Assembly: GCA_015059285.1 (NCBI GenBank)
Contig: SVAS01000001.1
Location: 68,217 to 132,216 of the forward strand
Origin: Bacillota bacterium
GTDB taxonomy: Bacteria; Bacillota_I; Bacilli_A; RF39; UBA660
Length of the DNA stretch: 64,000 nucleotides
Direction of reading: 5' to 3'
The notes under the pieces are model-generated. The model made no database searches. It was not told the DNA's origin and was given only the letters and a program-made list of their open reading frames with translations. Shown piece by piece: positions 10,231 to 19,003 of this stretch; position 1 is the stretch's first letter, and every line of letters starts with the position of its first letter. Made by a program: the position numbers and the translations under genes.

Positions 10231-11307
10231 ATGAAGAGAAAAGGATTTACCTTAATTGAACTGTTAGCAGTAATAGTAATACTAGCAATTATAGCGCTTA
10301 TTGCAGTGCCAGTTATTATGAACATTATCAGCAGTGCAAGAAAGAGTGCATTTGAGGATACAGCATATGGATTAATAAGTGCAGGGGAAATGTACTATGC
10401 AAACAATATATTAAGTGGAGCCACTTCTGATGATGTAGAATTTACAATTACAAATGGAGAATTTGTAGGAGAAAACAAATTAGAAGTAAAAGGTTCATTA
10501 CCAGCAAGTGGGAAAGTAAAGGTTACAAAAGATGGAAAAGTTGCAATTGCTGTAAATAATGGAAATTATTGTATAACAAAAGCAACAAGTGAAAGCAAAA
10601 TACAAACAGAAGAACTTGCAGGAGAATGTACTTATAGAAAGGTATTAAATCCAATAGTCACATCAACTGAGGCATGTATTACAAATGTAAATGAAATATG
10701 TGGTGATGATGTAATAAAAGCAGGAATCGCTGTTCAAGTAAAAGTAAATGATAAAGAAGAAGCAAAAACATTCTATGTGGTAAAAGATAATGCTACAACA
10801 GGAACATTAACATTAATCATGGATAGAAACATAGATCAAACAACAGTAGCGTGGATAACAAAAGAGGAATATTTAAGTGCAGGGGGAACAGAAGCAGAAT
10901 GGAGTTATGATGCTTATGGTTTTGGCACAGAAGGAAACTCTAATAAAGGTCCAATCACAGCGTTAAATTATTTAGAAAGCAAAACAGCAAATTGGACAAA
11001 CATTCATACTAAAAATTATACAGTTTCTGATGAACACGGAAAGTATATAGTAGAAAGAACAAACGCAAGGGCAAGAATGCTTTCAAAAACAGAAACATTG
11101 AGTTTAGGTTGTGTAATGTATGATGCAGGATGTCCAGTTTGGTTATATAATGGAATTGGATACTGGTTAAGTACTTCTGATACAGATTTCCCTATAACTG
11201 ATGCTTTAAATATGCCTAGTAGTGGTTATGTATCTGGTCTACCAATCTATCGCGATGATTATAGAGGTGTACGCCCAGTAATAGAAATACCTAAAACTAT
11301 AATATAA
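10231..11307 (+). CDS. type IV pilin-like protein paralog 1 (358 aa): prepilin N-terminus plus conserved C-terminal domain
   Basis: MKRKGFTLIELLAVIVILAIIALIAVP class III signal (G/F cleavage site, Glu at +5); C-terminal motifs TLIMDRNI, GPITALNYLE, ARARML, CPVWLY, GVRPVIEI. Confidence 0.85.
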   Translation: MKRKGFTLIELLAVIVILAIIALIAVPVIMNIISSARKSAFEDTAYGLISAGEMYYANNILSGATSDDVEFTITNGEFVGENKLEVKGSLPASGKVKVTKDGKVAIAVNNGNYCITKATSESKIQTEELAGECTYRKVLNPIVTSTEACITNVNEICGDDVIKAGIAVQVKVNDKEEAKTFYVVKDNATTGTLTLIMDRNIDQTTVAWITKEEYLSAGGTEAEWSYDAYGFGTEGNSNKGPITALNYLESKTANWTNIHTKNYTVSDEHGKYIVERTNARARMLSKTETLSLGCVMYDAGCPVWLYNGIGYWLSTSDTDFPITDALNMPSSGYVSGLPIYRDDYRGVRPVIEIPKTII

Positions 11308-11315
11308 TAATATAA

Positions 11316-11343
11316 AGTCTCAATAATTATTGAGATTTTTTTA
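11316..11343 (+). terminator. terminator after pilin-like paralog 1
   Basis: tataaagtctcaataattattgagatttttttattt hairpin plus T-run; resembles the pheT terminator that precedes paralog 2. Confidence 0.7.
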
Positions 11344-11388
11344 TTTATTTATGATAAAATAAAATTGATGTAACAATGGAGGGTTTTT

Positions 11389-12777
11389 ATGTATGATGTA
11401 GTAATTGTTGGGGCAGGACCTGCTGGTATGTTTTCTGCTTATGAATTAATGGAAAATAATCCTAAATTAAAAGTATTATTAATAGATAAAGGTAAATTCG
11501 CATCTAATCGAGTTTGTCCTATGAAAAAAACAGGTAAATGTGTTAATTGTAATCCATGCGGAATATTATCTGGTTATGGTGGTGCTGGTACTTTTTCAGA
11601 TGGTAAATTAAATTTTATACCTAAATTAGGTAAATCAGATTTATTTAAATATATGAGTATTAGTGATGCTAATAAATTAATAGATGATACAGAAAAAATA
11701 TTTAATAAATTTAATATGGATAGTGATACTTATCCTACTAATATGGAAGAAGCAAGAAAAATAGGAGAAAAGATTGCTAAAGAAGGTGCTAATTTATTAA
11801 TTATAAAACAAAAACATTTAGGTTCGGATAAACTTCCTACTTATATTTCTGATTTTACTAATTATTTAAAAGAAAAAGGCGTAGAAGTTTTAGAAAATGC
11901 TGATGTGATTGATATTGAAGAAAATATTAATTATATCGTAAAATATAAAGAAAATGGTATTGATAAAGAAGTAAAAGCTAAATATGTTGTAGTAGCACCT
12001 GGTAGAACAGGAGCTAAGTGGGTACAAGAACTTGCTGATAAATATAAAATACCATATACTTCTCAAAGTATAGAAATAGGGGTTAGAGTAGAAGTTAGAA
12101 AAGAAGTTATGAAAGATTTATGTTCTATTATTTATGATCCTACAATATTTATTAAAACAGATACTTATAATGATCAAATAAGAACTTTTTGTACTAATCC
12201 AGAAGGTTTTGTGGCTAAAGAAAATTATTATGGATATATATGTGTGAATGGGCATGCTTTAAAAGATATTAAATCTAATAATTCTAATTTTGCATTTATT
12301 TCTAAAGTAGATTTAACTCATCCTGTAACTAATACTAGAGAATACGGTGAATCAATTGCTAAAATTGCCAATACACTTGGAGATGGAAAACCAATTGTTC
12401 AATCATTAAAAGATTTAAAAATGGGTAGACGTTCTACTATTGAAAGAATTAGTAGAGGTTTTATAGAACCTACTTTAAAAGATGTAGTAGCTGGAGATTT
12501 AGCATTAGTTTTACCTCATCGTATTATTAAAAATATTTTAGAGGGCTTAGAAACATTAGATAAAATTATTCCAGGTGTTAATAATGGAGAGACTTTATTA
12601 TATGGCCCTGAAATTAAATTCTTTAGTAATGAAATAACAACTGATAATAATATGAAATTAGAAGGTCATAATATTTATTTTATAGGTGATGGTGCTGGTA
12701 AAGCAGGAAATATTGTAGCTGCGGCCGCAACTGGACTTATTGCTTCTCGTGATATTTTAAGAAGGGAACAAATATGA
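11389..12777 (+). CDS. FAD-dependent oxidoreductase (COG2509-like)
   Basis: N-terminal Rossmann fold VVIVGAGPAGMFSA, Cys cluster CPMKKTGKCVNCNPCG, C-terminal GDGAG. Confidence 0.7.
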   Translation: MYDVVIVGAGPAGMFSAYELMENNPKLKVLLIDKGKFASNRVCPMKKTGKCVNCNPCGILSGYGGAGTFSDGKLNFIPKLGKSDLFKYMSISDANKLIDDTEKIFNKFNMDSDTYPTNMEEARKIGEKIAKEGANLLIIKQKHLGSDKLPTYISDFTNYLKEKGVEVLENADVIDIEENINYIVKYKENGIDKEVKAKYVVVAPGRTGAKWVQELADKYKIPYTSQSIEIGVRVEVRKEVMKDLCSIIYDPTIFIKTDTYNDQIRTFCTNPEGFVAKENYYGYICVNGHALKDIKSNNSNFAFISKVDLTHPVTNTREYGESIAKIANTLGDGKPIVQSLKDLKMGRRSTIERISRGFIEPTLKDVVAGDLALVLPHRIIKNILEGLETLDKIIPGVNNGETLLYGPEIKFFSNEITTDNNMKLEGHNIYFIGDGAGKAGNIVAAAATGLIASRDILRREQI

Positions 12778-13394
12778 TAGATTTATATGAGTATGAAAAT
12801 AATTTATATGCACAAAATATTAATTATATAGGTGGCGTTGATGAAGTAGGGAGAGGCCCTTTAATTGGTCCTGTTGTTGCATCTTGTGTAGTGCTTCCTA
12901 AAGATTTTATATTGGAAGGTTTAACTGATTCTAAAAAACTAAGTGAAAAGAAAAGAGATAAATTTTATTCTTATATTATAGAAAACGCTTTAGCTTATGG
13001 AATTGGTATTATAGGTCCTGAAATTATAGATCAAGTAAATATTTATCAAGCTTCTAAATTAGCAATGCTTGAAGCAATTAAACAGGTTAAGGAAAAGCTT
13101 CCTTTAGAACATGTATTAATAGACGCTATGCCTCTTGATTTAGATATTCCTTCAACTTCTATCATAAAAGGGGATAGTAAAAGTATTTCTATCGCTGCTG
13201 CAAGTGTAGTAGCAAAAGTCGTACGAGATAAAATGATGTATGATTTAGATTTAAAATATCCAGAATATGGATTTGCTAAACATAAAGGTTATCCTACTAA
13301 ATTACATTTAGAAAAAATAAAAGAATATGGACTTATTGATGGTTACCGTAAAACTTATGGTCCTATTAAAGAGTTAATGGAGGAGACAAAATGA
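12774..13394 (+). CDS. rnhB: ribonuclease HII
   Basis: GVDEVGRGPLIGPVV catalytic motif, correct size. Confidence 0.85.
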   Translation: MIDLYEYENNLYAQNINYIGGVDEVGRGPLIGPVVASCVVLPKDFILEGLTDSKKLSEKKRDKFYSYIIENALAYGIGIIGPEIIDQVNIYQASKLAMLEAIKQVKEKLPLEHVLIDAMPLDLDIPSTSIIKGDSKSISIAAASVVAKVVRDKMMYDLDLKYPEYGFAKHKGYPTKLHLEKIKEYGLIDGYRKTYGPIKELMEETK

Positions 13395-13633
13395 GTGATT
13401 TATTTTTTAGTAAAAATAAATTTGTAAATAATGAACCAGCAAAACTTGCTAAACCAATTGAACACGATCCTACTAAATTAGGTAGAAGAACAGTTGATGA
13501 TATTAAATTTGATATGCATATAATGAATAAACCTGAACTAAAAAAAGAACCTATTAAGGTTCAACCTACTAGAGCTAATCAAAATAATCAACTGGGTTCA
13601 TTAAAAGCATTTAAAGAGTGGAATAGAAAATGA
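13391..13633 (+). CDS. hypothetical protein (80 aa)
   Basis: translationally coupled ORF between rnhB and an MBL hydrolase; no motif. Confidence 0.4.
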   Translation: MSDLFFSKNKFVNNEPAKLAKPIEHDPTKLGRRTVDDIKFDMHIMNKPELKKEPIKVQPTRANQNNQLGSLKAFKEWNRK

Positions 13634-14151
13634 TTGTTGATACTTTTGTGCTAGGACCTTTACAAACAAATACTTATTTAATAAAAAAAGATAATAAGTG
13701 TTTAATAGTAGATCCGGCTTACGATTTTGAATTTATAAAAAGCCAAATAGGTAATTTAAATCTAGAAGCTATTTTAATTACTCATTATCACTTTGACCAT
13801 ATTGGAGCTTTAGACGTTTTAAAAAATTATTATAAAGTTCCTATTTATGATTATAGTACTAGCGAAAGTAACTCTAGTTTTAATTTCAAAATTATTCATA
13901 ATCCAGGACACACTTTAGATTCTGTTTCTTTTTATTTTGAAGAAGACAAGATGATGTTTGTAGGAGATTTTTTATTTAAAGGTTCTATTGGAAGAACTGA
14001 TTTAGATACTGGAAATGATTTTGATATGACAAATAGTTTAAAAAATATTATTAAGTATAATGATGATATTATTATTTATCCAGGACATGGTGAAAAAACA
14101 GTTTTAGGTTTTGAAAAAGAAAATAACCTATATTTAAAAAGACAAAAATAA
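13630..14151 (+). CDS. MBL-fold metallo-hydrolase
   Basis: HYHFDHIG (HxHxDH) metallo-beta-lactamase motif. Confidence 0.75.
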   Translation: MIVDTFVLGPLQTNTYLIKKDNKCLIVDPAYDFEFIKSQIGNLNLEAILITHYHFDHIGALDVLKNYYKVPIYDYSTSESNSSFNFKIIHNPGHTLDSVSFYFEEDKMMFVGDFLFKGSIGRTDLDTGNDFDMTNSLKNIIKYNDDIIIYPGHGEKTVLGFEKENNLYLKRQK

Positions 14152-14182
14152 TTGAGTACAGAATTAATTTATTAAACGTCAA

Positions 14183-14428
14183 TTACATTTTTGTCTTTTT
14201 GTTTTGTTCTTTATAGTTTTTAATATTAGTTCTTCCTACTATGTAATCTAAAGAAACATTATAGATATTTGATAAAGTAATAATATATTCTAATGGCATT
14301 TCTCTTTTACCAGATTCATATAAAGAATATTGTTGTTGAGTAATATGCAGAATTTTAGCTATGTCCGTTTGCGTCAAATCACGATCTTCCCTTAAATCTT
14401 TAATCCTTTGTAGATACATATTTATCAC
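14183..14428 (-). CDS. XRE-family helix-turn-helix transcriptional regulator
   Basis: LTQTDIAKILHITQQQYSLYESGKR HTH_3 pattern. Confidence 0.75.
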   Translation of the reverse strand: MINMYLQRIKDLREDRDLTQTDIAKILHITQQQYSLYESGKREMPLEYIITLSNIYNVSLDYIVGRTNIKNYKEQNKKTKM

Positions 14429-14633
14429 CCATAATTATTTTTTCATATGTTTGAGTTAATTTGGGTAATTTACATTTAAAAATGTGTATAAATGTGCCAA
14501 ACTTAGCTTCATATGTTTAAAAAAAAGCTTTTTATGCTTAAAAATATTATGGCTAATTTTTAGTAATTATATAGATATTCTTTATTTTTTATAAAATTAA
14601 TTGTATAATTATATTAGAATAGGGGCGAAAGTA

Positions 14634-15896
14634 ATGAGTGGCTTGAAAATTCCAAAATATAAAGAAATGTCAATGAAACATAAATTAAATGTTTATAGTA
14701 AACCTAAATATGTGTATATTCCTTTAATAAGTAGTAATGATGAAAATATCACAGTTTTAGTGAATATTGGTGATTATGTTTTTAAAGGTAGCCAAATAGG
14801 AAGAAGAAAAGGTAATTTTAAAACACCTATTTTTTCTAGTGTTAGTGGTAGTGTTATTGGTTTTGAAAAACGCACTATCTCTAGCGGAAAAAGTGTTAAA
14901 TGCGTTGTTATCGAAAATGACTTTAAAGAAAAAATAGAAAAAGGTTTTAAACAAGTTAAAAAATTAAATAATATAACAAAAGAAGAATTTGTTGAGACTA
15001 TAGAAAATTGTGGCATTGTTGGATTAGGTGGTGCTGGATTTCCTACATATGTAAAATATAGTACTCATCAAAAAATTCATACTTTAATTGTAAATGCGGT
15101 TGAATGTGAACCATATATTACAGCTGACTATTTTATTATTAAAGAAAAATGTGAAGAAATATTAGAAATGATAGATGCTATATTAGAAATCAACAATATT
15201 GATAACTGTATTATAGCTATTAAAACAACTAATAAATCTTTGATGACAATTTTTAACAAATATATAGGTACTTATTTAAAAATAAAAGTAGTACTAGTTC
15301 CAAACATTTATCCTATGGGATGGGAGAGAAAACTTATTAAAGAAGTAACTGGTATTACTTATGAAAAAATACCAAGTGAAAAAGGAATTATAGTAAATAA
15401 CGTTTCAACTATATATGCTATGTATCAAGCTTTAAAACTTAATAAACCAATGATTGAAAGAATTGTAACGTTTTCTGGATTTGGACTAAAAAAACCTCAA
15501 AATGTTTTAGTTAAAGTAGGAACTCCAGTAGATGAAGTAATTAATTATATTGGTGGTAGTTATAAAACTAAAAAATTGGTTATGATTGCTGGAGGACCCA
15601 TGATGGGTACTAAAGTAGATGATTTAGTTATTACTCCTGAGGTAAATTCTGTTTTAATTATGGAAGATGATTTTGAGTGTGACGTACAAGAATGTTTAAG
15701 ATGTGGAAAATGTATAAATGTATGTCCTGCTAATATATGTCCTGTTTTAATTAAAGATAATATAGATGATACTAGTGCTTTAAAGAGTATGAATGTAGAT
15801 AAATGTATTAGTTGTGGACTTTGTTCTTATATATGTCCTGCTAAAATAAATGTTAGAGAATATGTTAGTATAGCTAAAGAAAAGGTGGGTAAATAA
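14634..15896 (+). CDS. rnfC: Rnf complex subunit C
   Basis: GLGGAGFPT NADH-binding motif plus two CxxCxxCxxxCP ferredoxin motifs; ATG at 14634 preferred over 14601. Confidence 0.85.
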   Translation: MSGLKIPKYKEMSMKHKLNVYSKPKYVYIPLISSNDENITVLVNIGDYVFKGSQIGRRKGNFKTPIFSSVSGSVIGFEKRTISSGKSVKCVVIENDFKEKIEKGFKQVKKLNNITKEEFVETIENCGIVGLGGAGFPTYVKYSTHQKIHTLIVNAVECEPYITADYFIIKEKCEEILEMIDAILEINNIDNCIIAIKTTNKSLMTIFNKYIGTYLKIKVVLVPNIYPMGWERKLIKEVTGITYEKIPSEKGIIVNNVSTIYAMYQALKLNKPMIERIVTFSGFGLKKPQNVLVKVGTPVDEVINYIGGSYKTKKLVMIAGGPMMGTKVDDLVITPEVNSVLIMEDDFECDVQECLRCGKCINVCPANICPVLIKDNIDDTSALKSMNVDKCISCGLCSYICPAKINVREYVSIAKEKVGK

Positions 15897-15897
15897 C

Positions 15898-17322
15898 ATG
15901 GATAAAATAAAAGGTCCTTATATGAAATCTAAAAATACTACTAATAAAATGATGATGCATTTAGTTATTTCTTTAATTCCAATTATTTTATTTAGTTTTT
16001 ACAAAAATGGAATACTTCCATATTATCACAATAAAACAACTTTATTAGGTATGTATTATCCATTAATATTTATTTTAATTTCTACTTTCGCAACAACTTT
16101 ATTTGAAGGATTGTACGCCAAAATATTTTTAAAAGAAAAAAATTTAAAAAAATATTCAATTAACTCTTATAGTTTTATACCAGGTTTATTTTTAGGACTT
16201 ATTTTACCTATAAATACTCCAATATCTATTTTAATATTTGGTTCAATGGTTGCTAGTATATTAGGAAAAATGTTGTTTGGTGGATTTGGTAATAATATTT
16301 TTAATCCTGCTTTAATAGGTAGATTATTTATTATATCTACTTATGCGATAGTAATAACTAATAATGGAGGATATTTAAATAGTTATGAAGTAGATACAAT
16401 TAGTAAAGCAACACCTTTATCAAATGTTGCAACTGTTACTGGAATTGGATCTTATGAAACTTTAGTAGAACCATATGGAAGTTTAACTGATTTTTTCGTA
16501 GGTACTATTCCAGGCGCAGTAGGTGAAACTAGTGCATTATTATGTATTATTGCTTTTATTTATTTAACCATTACTAAAACAATTAAATGGCGAATTCCAC
16601 TCTTTTATATAAGTACAGTGTTTATAATGACTTTATTAATAGGATCTATTAATAAAGTAGGTATTTGGTATCCATTATTTCAAATATTTAGTGGAGGATT
16701 AATGTTTGGAGCTATATTTATGGCAACCGATCCGGTAACTAGTCCTACTACTAAAATGGGACAAATAATATATGGGTTATCTTTAGGTATTTTAACAGTT
16801 GTATTTAGATATTTAACCCCTTATCCAGAGGGTGTTTTAACAAGTATTTTAACCATGAATATGTTAGTATTCATTATTGATAAAATTGGTTTAAAGGCTA
16901 AAATGGATTATAAAAAAGCTATTTTACCACTTATATTCCTTGCTATTTTAATTATTGAATTACCAATTTCTATCTCTACTAGATATAAAGTAGAAGATGT
17001 AGGAGATCCTAATTTTAATATTATTAGTAGTAAAGAAGAAAATAATAATGTAATTTATGTAGTTACTCAAAAAGGATATGTAGGAGATATAAAAGCTCAA
17101 ATTACAATTAATAATTCTAAAATAACTTCTTTAGAGATTTTAGAACAAAATGAAAGTTTCTATCAAAAGATAGTGGACGCTAATTATATTAATAAGCTAT
17201 TAAATGAACAAAACAATATAGATAATGTTGATACTGTAAGTGGAGCAACTATTACTTCTTCTGCTATTAAAAAAATGGTTATAAATACTTTAGAAGATTA
17301 TGGTGAAAAATATGAAGGATAA
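15898..17322 (+). CDS. rnfD-rnfG: Rnf subunit D fused to Rnf subunit G (FMN-binding)
   Basis: RnfD core (FGGFGNNIFNPA, MATDPVTSP), then an extra TM helix and an FMN-binding domain with SGATITS. Confidence 0.8.
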   Translation: MDKIKGPYMKSKNTTNKMMMHLVISLIPIILFSFYKNGILPYYHNKTTLLGMYYPLIFILISTFATTLFEGLYAKIFLKEKNLKKYSINSYSFIPGLFLGLILPINTPISILIFGSMVASILGKMLFGGFGNNIFNPALIGRLFIISTYAIVITNNGGYLNSYEVDTISKATPLSNVATVTGIGSYETLVEPYGSLTDFFVGTIPGAVGETSALLCIIAFIYLTITKTIKWRIPLFYISTVFIMTLLIGSINKVGIWYPLFQIFSGGLMFGAIFMATDPVTSPTTKMGQIIYGLSLGILTVVFRYLTPYPEGVLTSILTMNMLVFIIDKIGLKAKMDYKKAILPLIFLAILIIELPISISTRYKVEDVGDPNFNIISSKEENNNVIYVVTQKGYVGDIKAQITINNSKITSLEILEQNESFYQKIVDANYINKLLNEQNNIDNVDTVSGATITSSAIKKMVINTLEDYGEKYEG

Positions 17323-17406
17323 AATAAAAGGTATAATTGTTTTAACTTTAACTGCTTTAATTTGTTCTAGTATACTTTATATAATTTTAAAAAGTGTAGG
17401 TGAAAT

Positions 17407-18051
17407 ATGAAAACAATAGTAAATGGAATAATAAAAGAAAATCCTACTTTTGTATTACTTTTAGGATTGTGTCCAGCATTAGCAGTTACTACAAAAGTAG
17501 AAAATGCTTATTTAATGGGATTATGTGTATTAATAGTTTTATTGATATCTTCATTAATTGTATCAATTATAAAAAAGTTAATACCAGAGAGTGTAAAATT
17601 ACCAGTATATATTTTAATAATTGGAACTATTGTTACAGTATTAGAAATAATTTTAAAAAACTATATTCCAGTATTACATCAAATACTAGGTATTTATTTA
17701 CCGTTAATTGTTGTTAATTGTATTGTTTTAGGTAGAATAATTTCCGTGTCATCTAAAGAAAAAATAGGTTATAGTTTAAAAGATGCATTAGGAATCGGAT
17801 TAGGTTTTACTCTAGCAATTACCGTAATAGCACTATTTAGAGAAGTGCTTGGAACTGGTTTAATTACTTTAATGGATGCGACAAGTTCAATAACAGGTTA
17901 TAGGGCAATTTACCAAATAATTCCTAGTAATAATCTTTTACCTATATCTATTTTAACTACTCCTGCAGGAGCATTCTTAATACTAGGTTTATTAATACCA
18001 CTATTTAATTATATAAAAGATAAAGGGGGTAAGAAAAGTGAACTTAATTAG
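17407..18051 (+). CDS. rnfE: Rnf subunit E
   Basis: NPTFVLLLGLCPALAVTT signature of the RnfE/NqrD family. Confidence 0.85.
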   Translation: MKTIVNGIIKENPTFVLLLGLCPALAVTTKVENAYLMGLCVLIVLLISSLIVSIIKKLIPESVKLPVYILIIGTIVTVLEIILKNYIPVLHQILGIYLPLIVVNCIVLGRIISVSSKEKIGYSLKDALGIGLGFTLAITVIALFREVLGTGLITLMDATSSITGYRAIYQIIPSNNLLPISILTTPAGAFLILGLLIPLFNYIKDKGGKKSELN

Positions 18052-18607
18052 TTTGTTTATTACCGGAATGCTCACTGAAAACGTTATTTTATCTAAGTTT
18101 TTAGGATTGTGTCCTTTCTTAGGAAGTTCTAATAAAGAAAAAACTGCTTTATATATGGGTAGTAGCGTAACTATTGTTGTAACTTTATCTAGTATTTTAA
18201 CATATTTAATTTATCATTATATATTAGTTCCAACTAACACCACTTATTTAAGAACTTTAATGTTTATTTTAATTATTGCATTTTTAGTTCAATTAGTAGA
18301 ACTTATATTAAAAAGATTTCTACCAAATATTCATAAAAGTTTAGGTATTTATCTACCGCTTATTACAACTAATTGTGCAGTACTTGGTATCACATTATTA
18401 AATATTAATAATAGTTTTACTTTCTGTGAAATGTTAGTATATAGTATAGCTTCATCTTTAGGGTTTACACTTGTTATTTATATTTTCGCAACTATTCGTG
18501 AAAGATTAGAAAAGTGTAAAGTGCCTAAATACTTTAAAGGTATTCCTATTGCTTTAATAACAGCTTTTATTATGTCGCTTTTATTTGGAAGGTATATACC
18601 AAGTTGA
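18038..18607 (+). CDS. rnfA: Rnf subunit A
   Basis: NVILSKFLGLCPFLG signature of the RnfA/NqrE family. Confidence 0.85.
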   Translation: MNLISLFITGMLTENVILSKFLGLCPFLGSSNKEKTALYMGSSVTIVVTLSSILTYLIYHYILVPTNTTYLRTLMFILIIAFLVQLVELILKRFLPNIHKSLGIYLPLITTNCAVLGITLLNINNSFTFCEMLVYSIASSLGFTLVIYIFATIRERLEKCKVPKYFKGIPIALITAFIMSLLFGRYIPS

Positions 18608-18704
18608 TAGCATTTATCTTACTTATCATTTTATTTAGTTTAACTTGCTTTTTATATACTAAAAATAAAAATCATAATTGTTTAAATTGCAAGGGGTGTA
18701 AAAA

Positions 18705-18956
18705 ATGATAGGAATATTAATATTAACAATCACGGCCTTCATTTTAAGTATTATTCTAGTGCTTTCAATTGAAGAAAGTAAACTAGATGATAAAGAAATA
18801 CTTAAAAATTTGCCAGGTTTAAACTGTGGAACATGTGGCTTTGGAAGTTGTAAAGGAATGGTAGAAGCTATAAAAGAAAATAAAGATAATTATTTAAAGT
18901 GTCGACCTTTAAGAGGAGAAAAGAAAGAAAACTTAGAAAGAATATTAAATAAATAG
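18705..18956 (+). CDS. rnfB: minimal RnfB (83 aa; TM helix plus N-terminal Fe-S domain only)
   Basis: LPGLNCGTCGFGSC-x16-C matches the RnfB N-terminal C-x2-C-x4-C-x16-C cluster; no ferredoxin domains follow. Confidence 0.65.
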   Translation: MIGILILTITAFILSIILVLSIEESKLDDKEILKNLPGLNCGTCGFGSCKGMVEAIKENKDNYLKCRPLRGEKKENLERILNK

Positions 18957-19003
18957 TGGACAAAATAAATTAATTTATAAAAATCATATTCTTAATTAGG
19001 AGT

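Noticed and set aside
10231-11307. Interpreting the pilin-like genes as the competence pseudopilin ComGC or type II secretion pseudopilins
   Set aside because: ComGC-type proteins are about 100-150 aa and sit inside comG operons with the ATPase and platform genes. These are 330-370 aa, solitary, and carry a large extra C-terminal domain. The machinery may exist elsewhere, but the genes themselves are not standard pseudopilins.
17311-17717. 32-aa hydrophobic ORF 17311-17409 and the 105-aa ORF 17400-17717
   Set aside because: The 105-aa frame is an out-of-frame shadow of rnfE, Cys/Asn/Ile-rich nonsense. The 32-aa ORF overlaps the rnfDG stop and resembles an RnfG N-terminal helix, but it is too short and unsupported to call.
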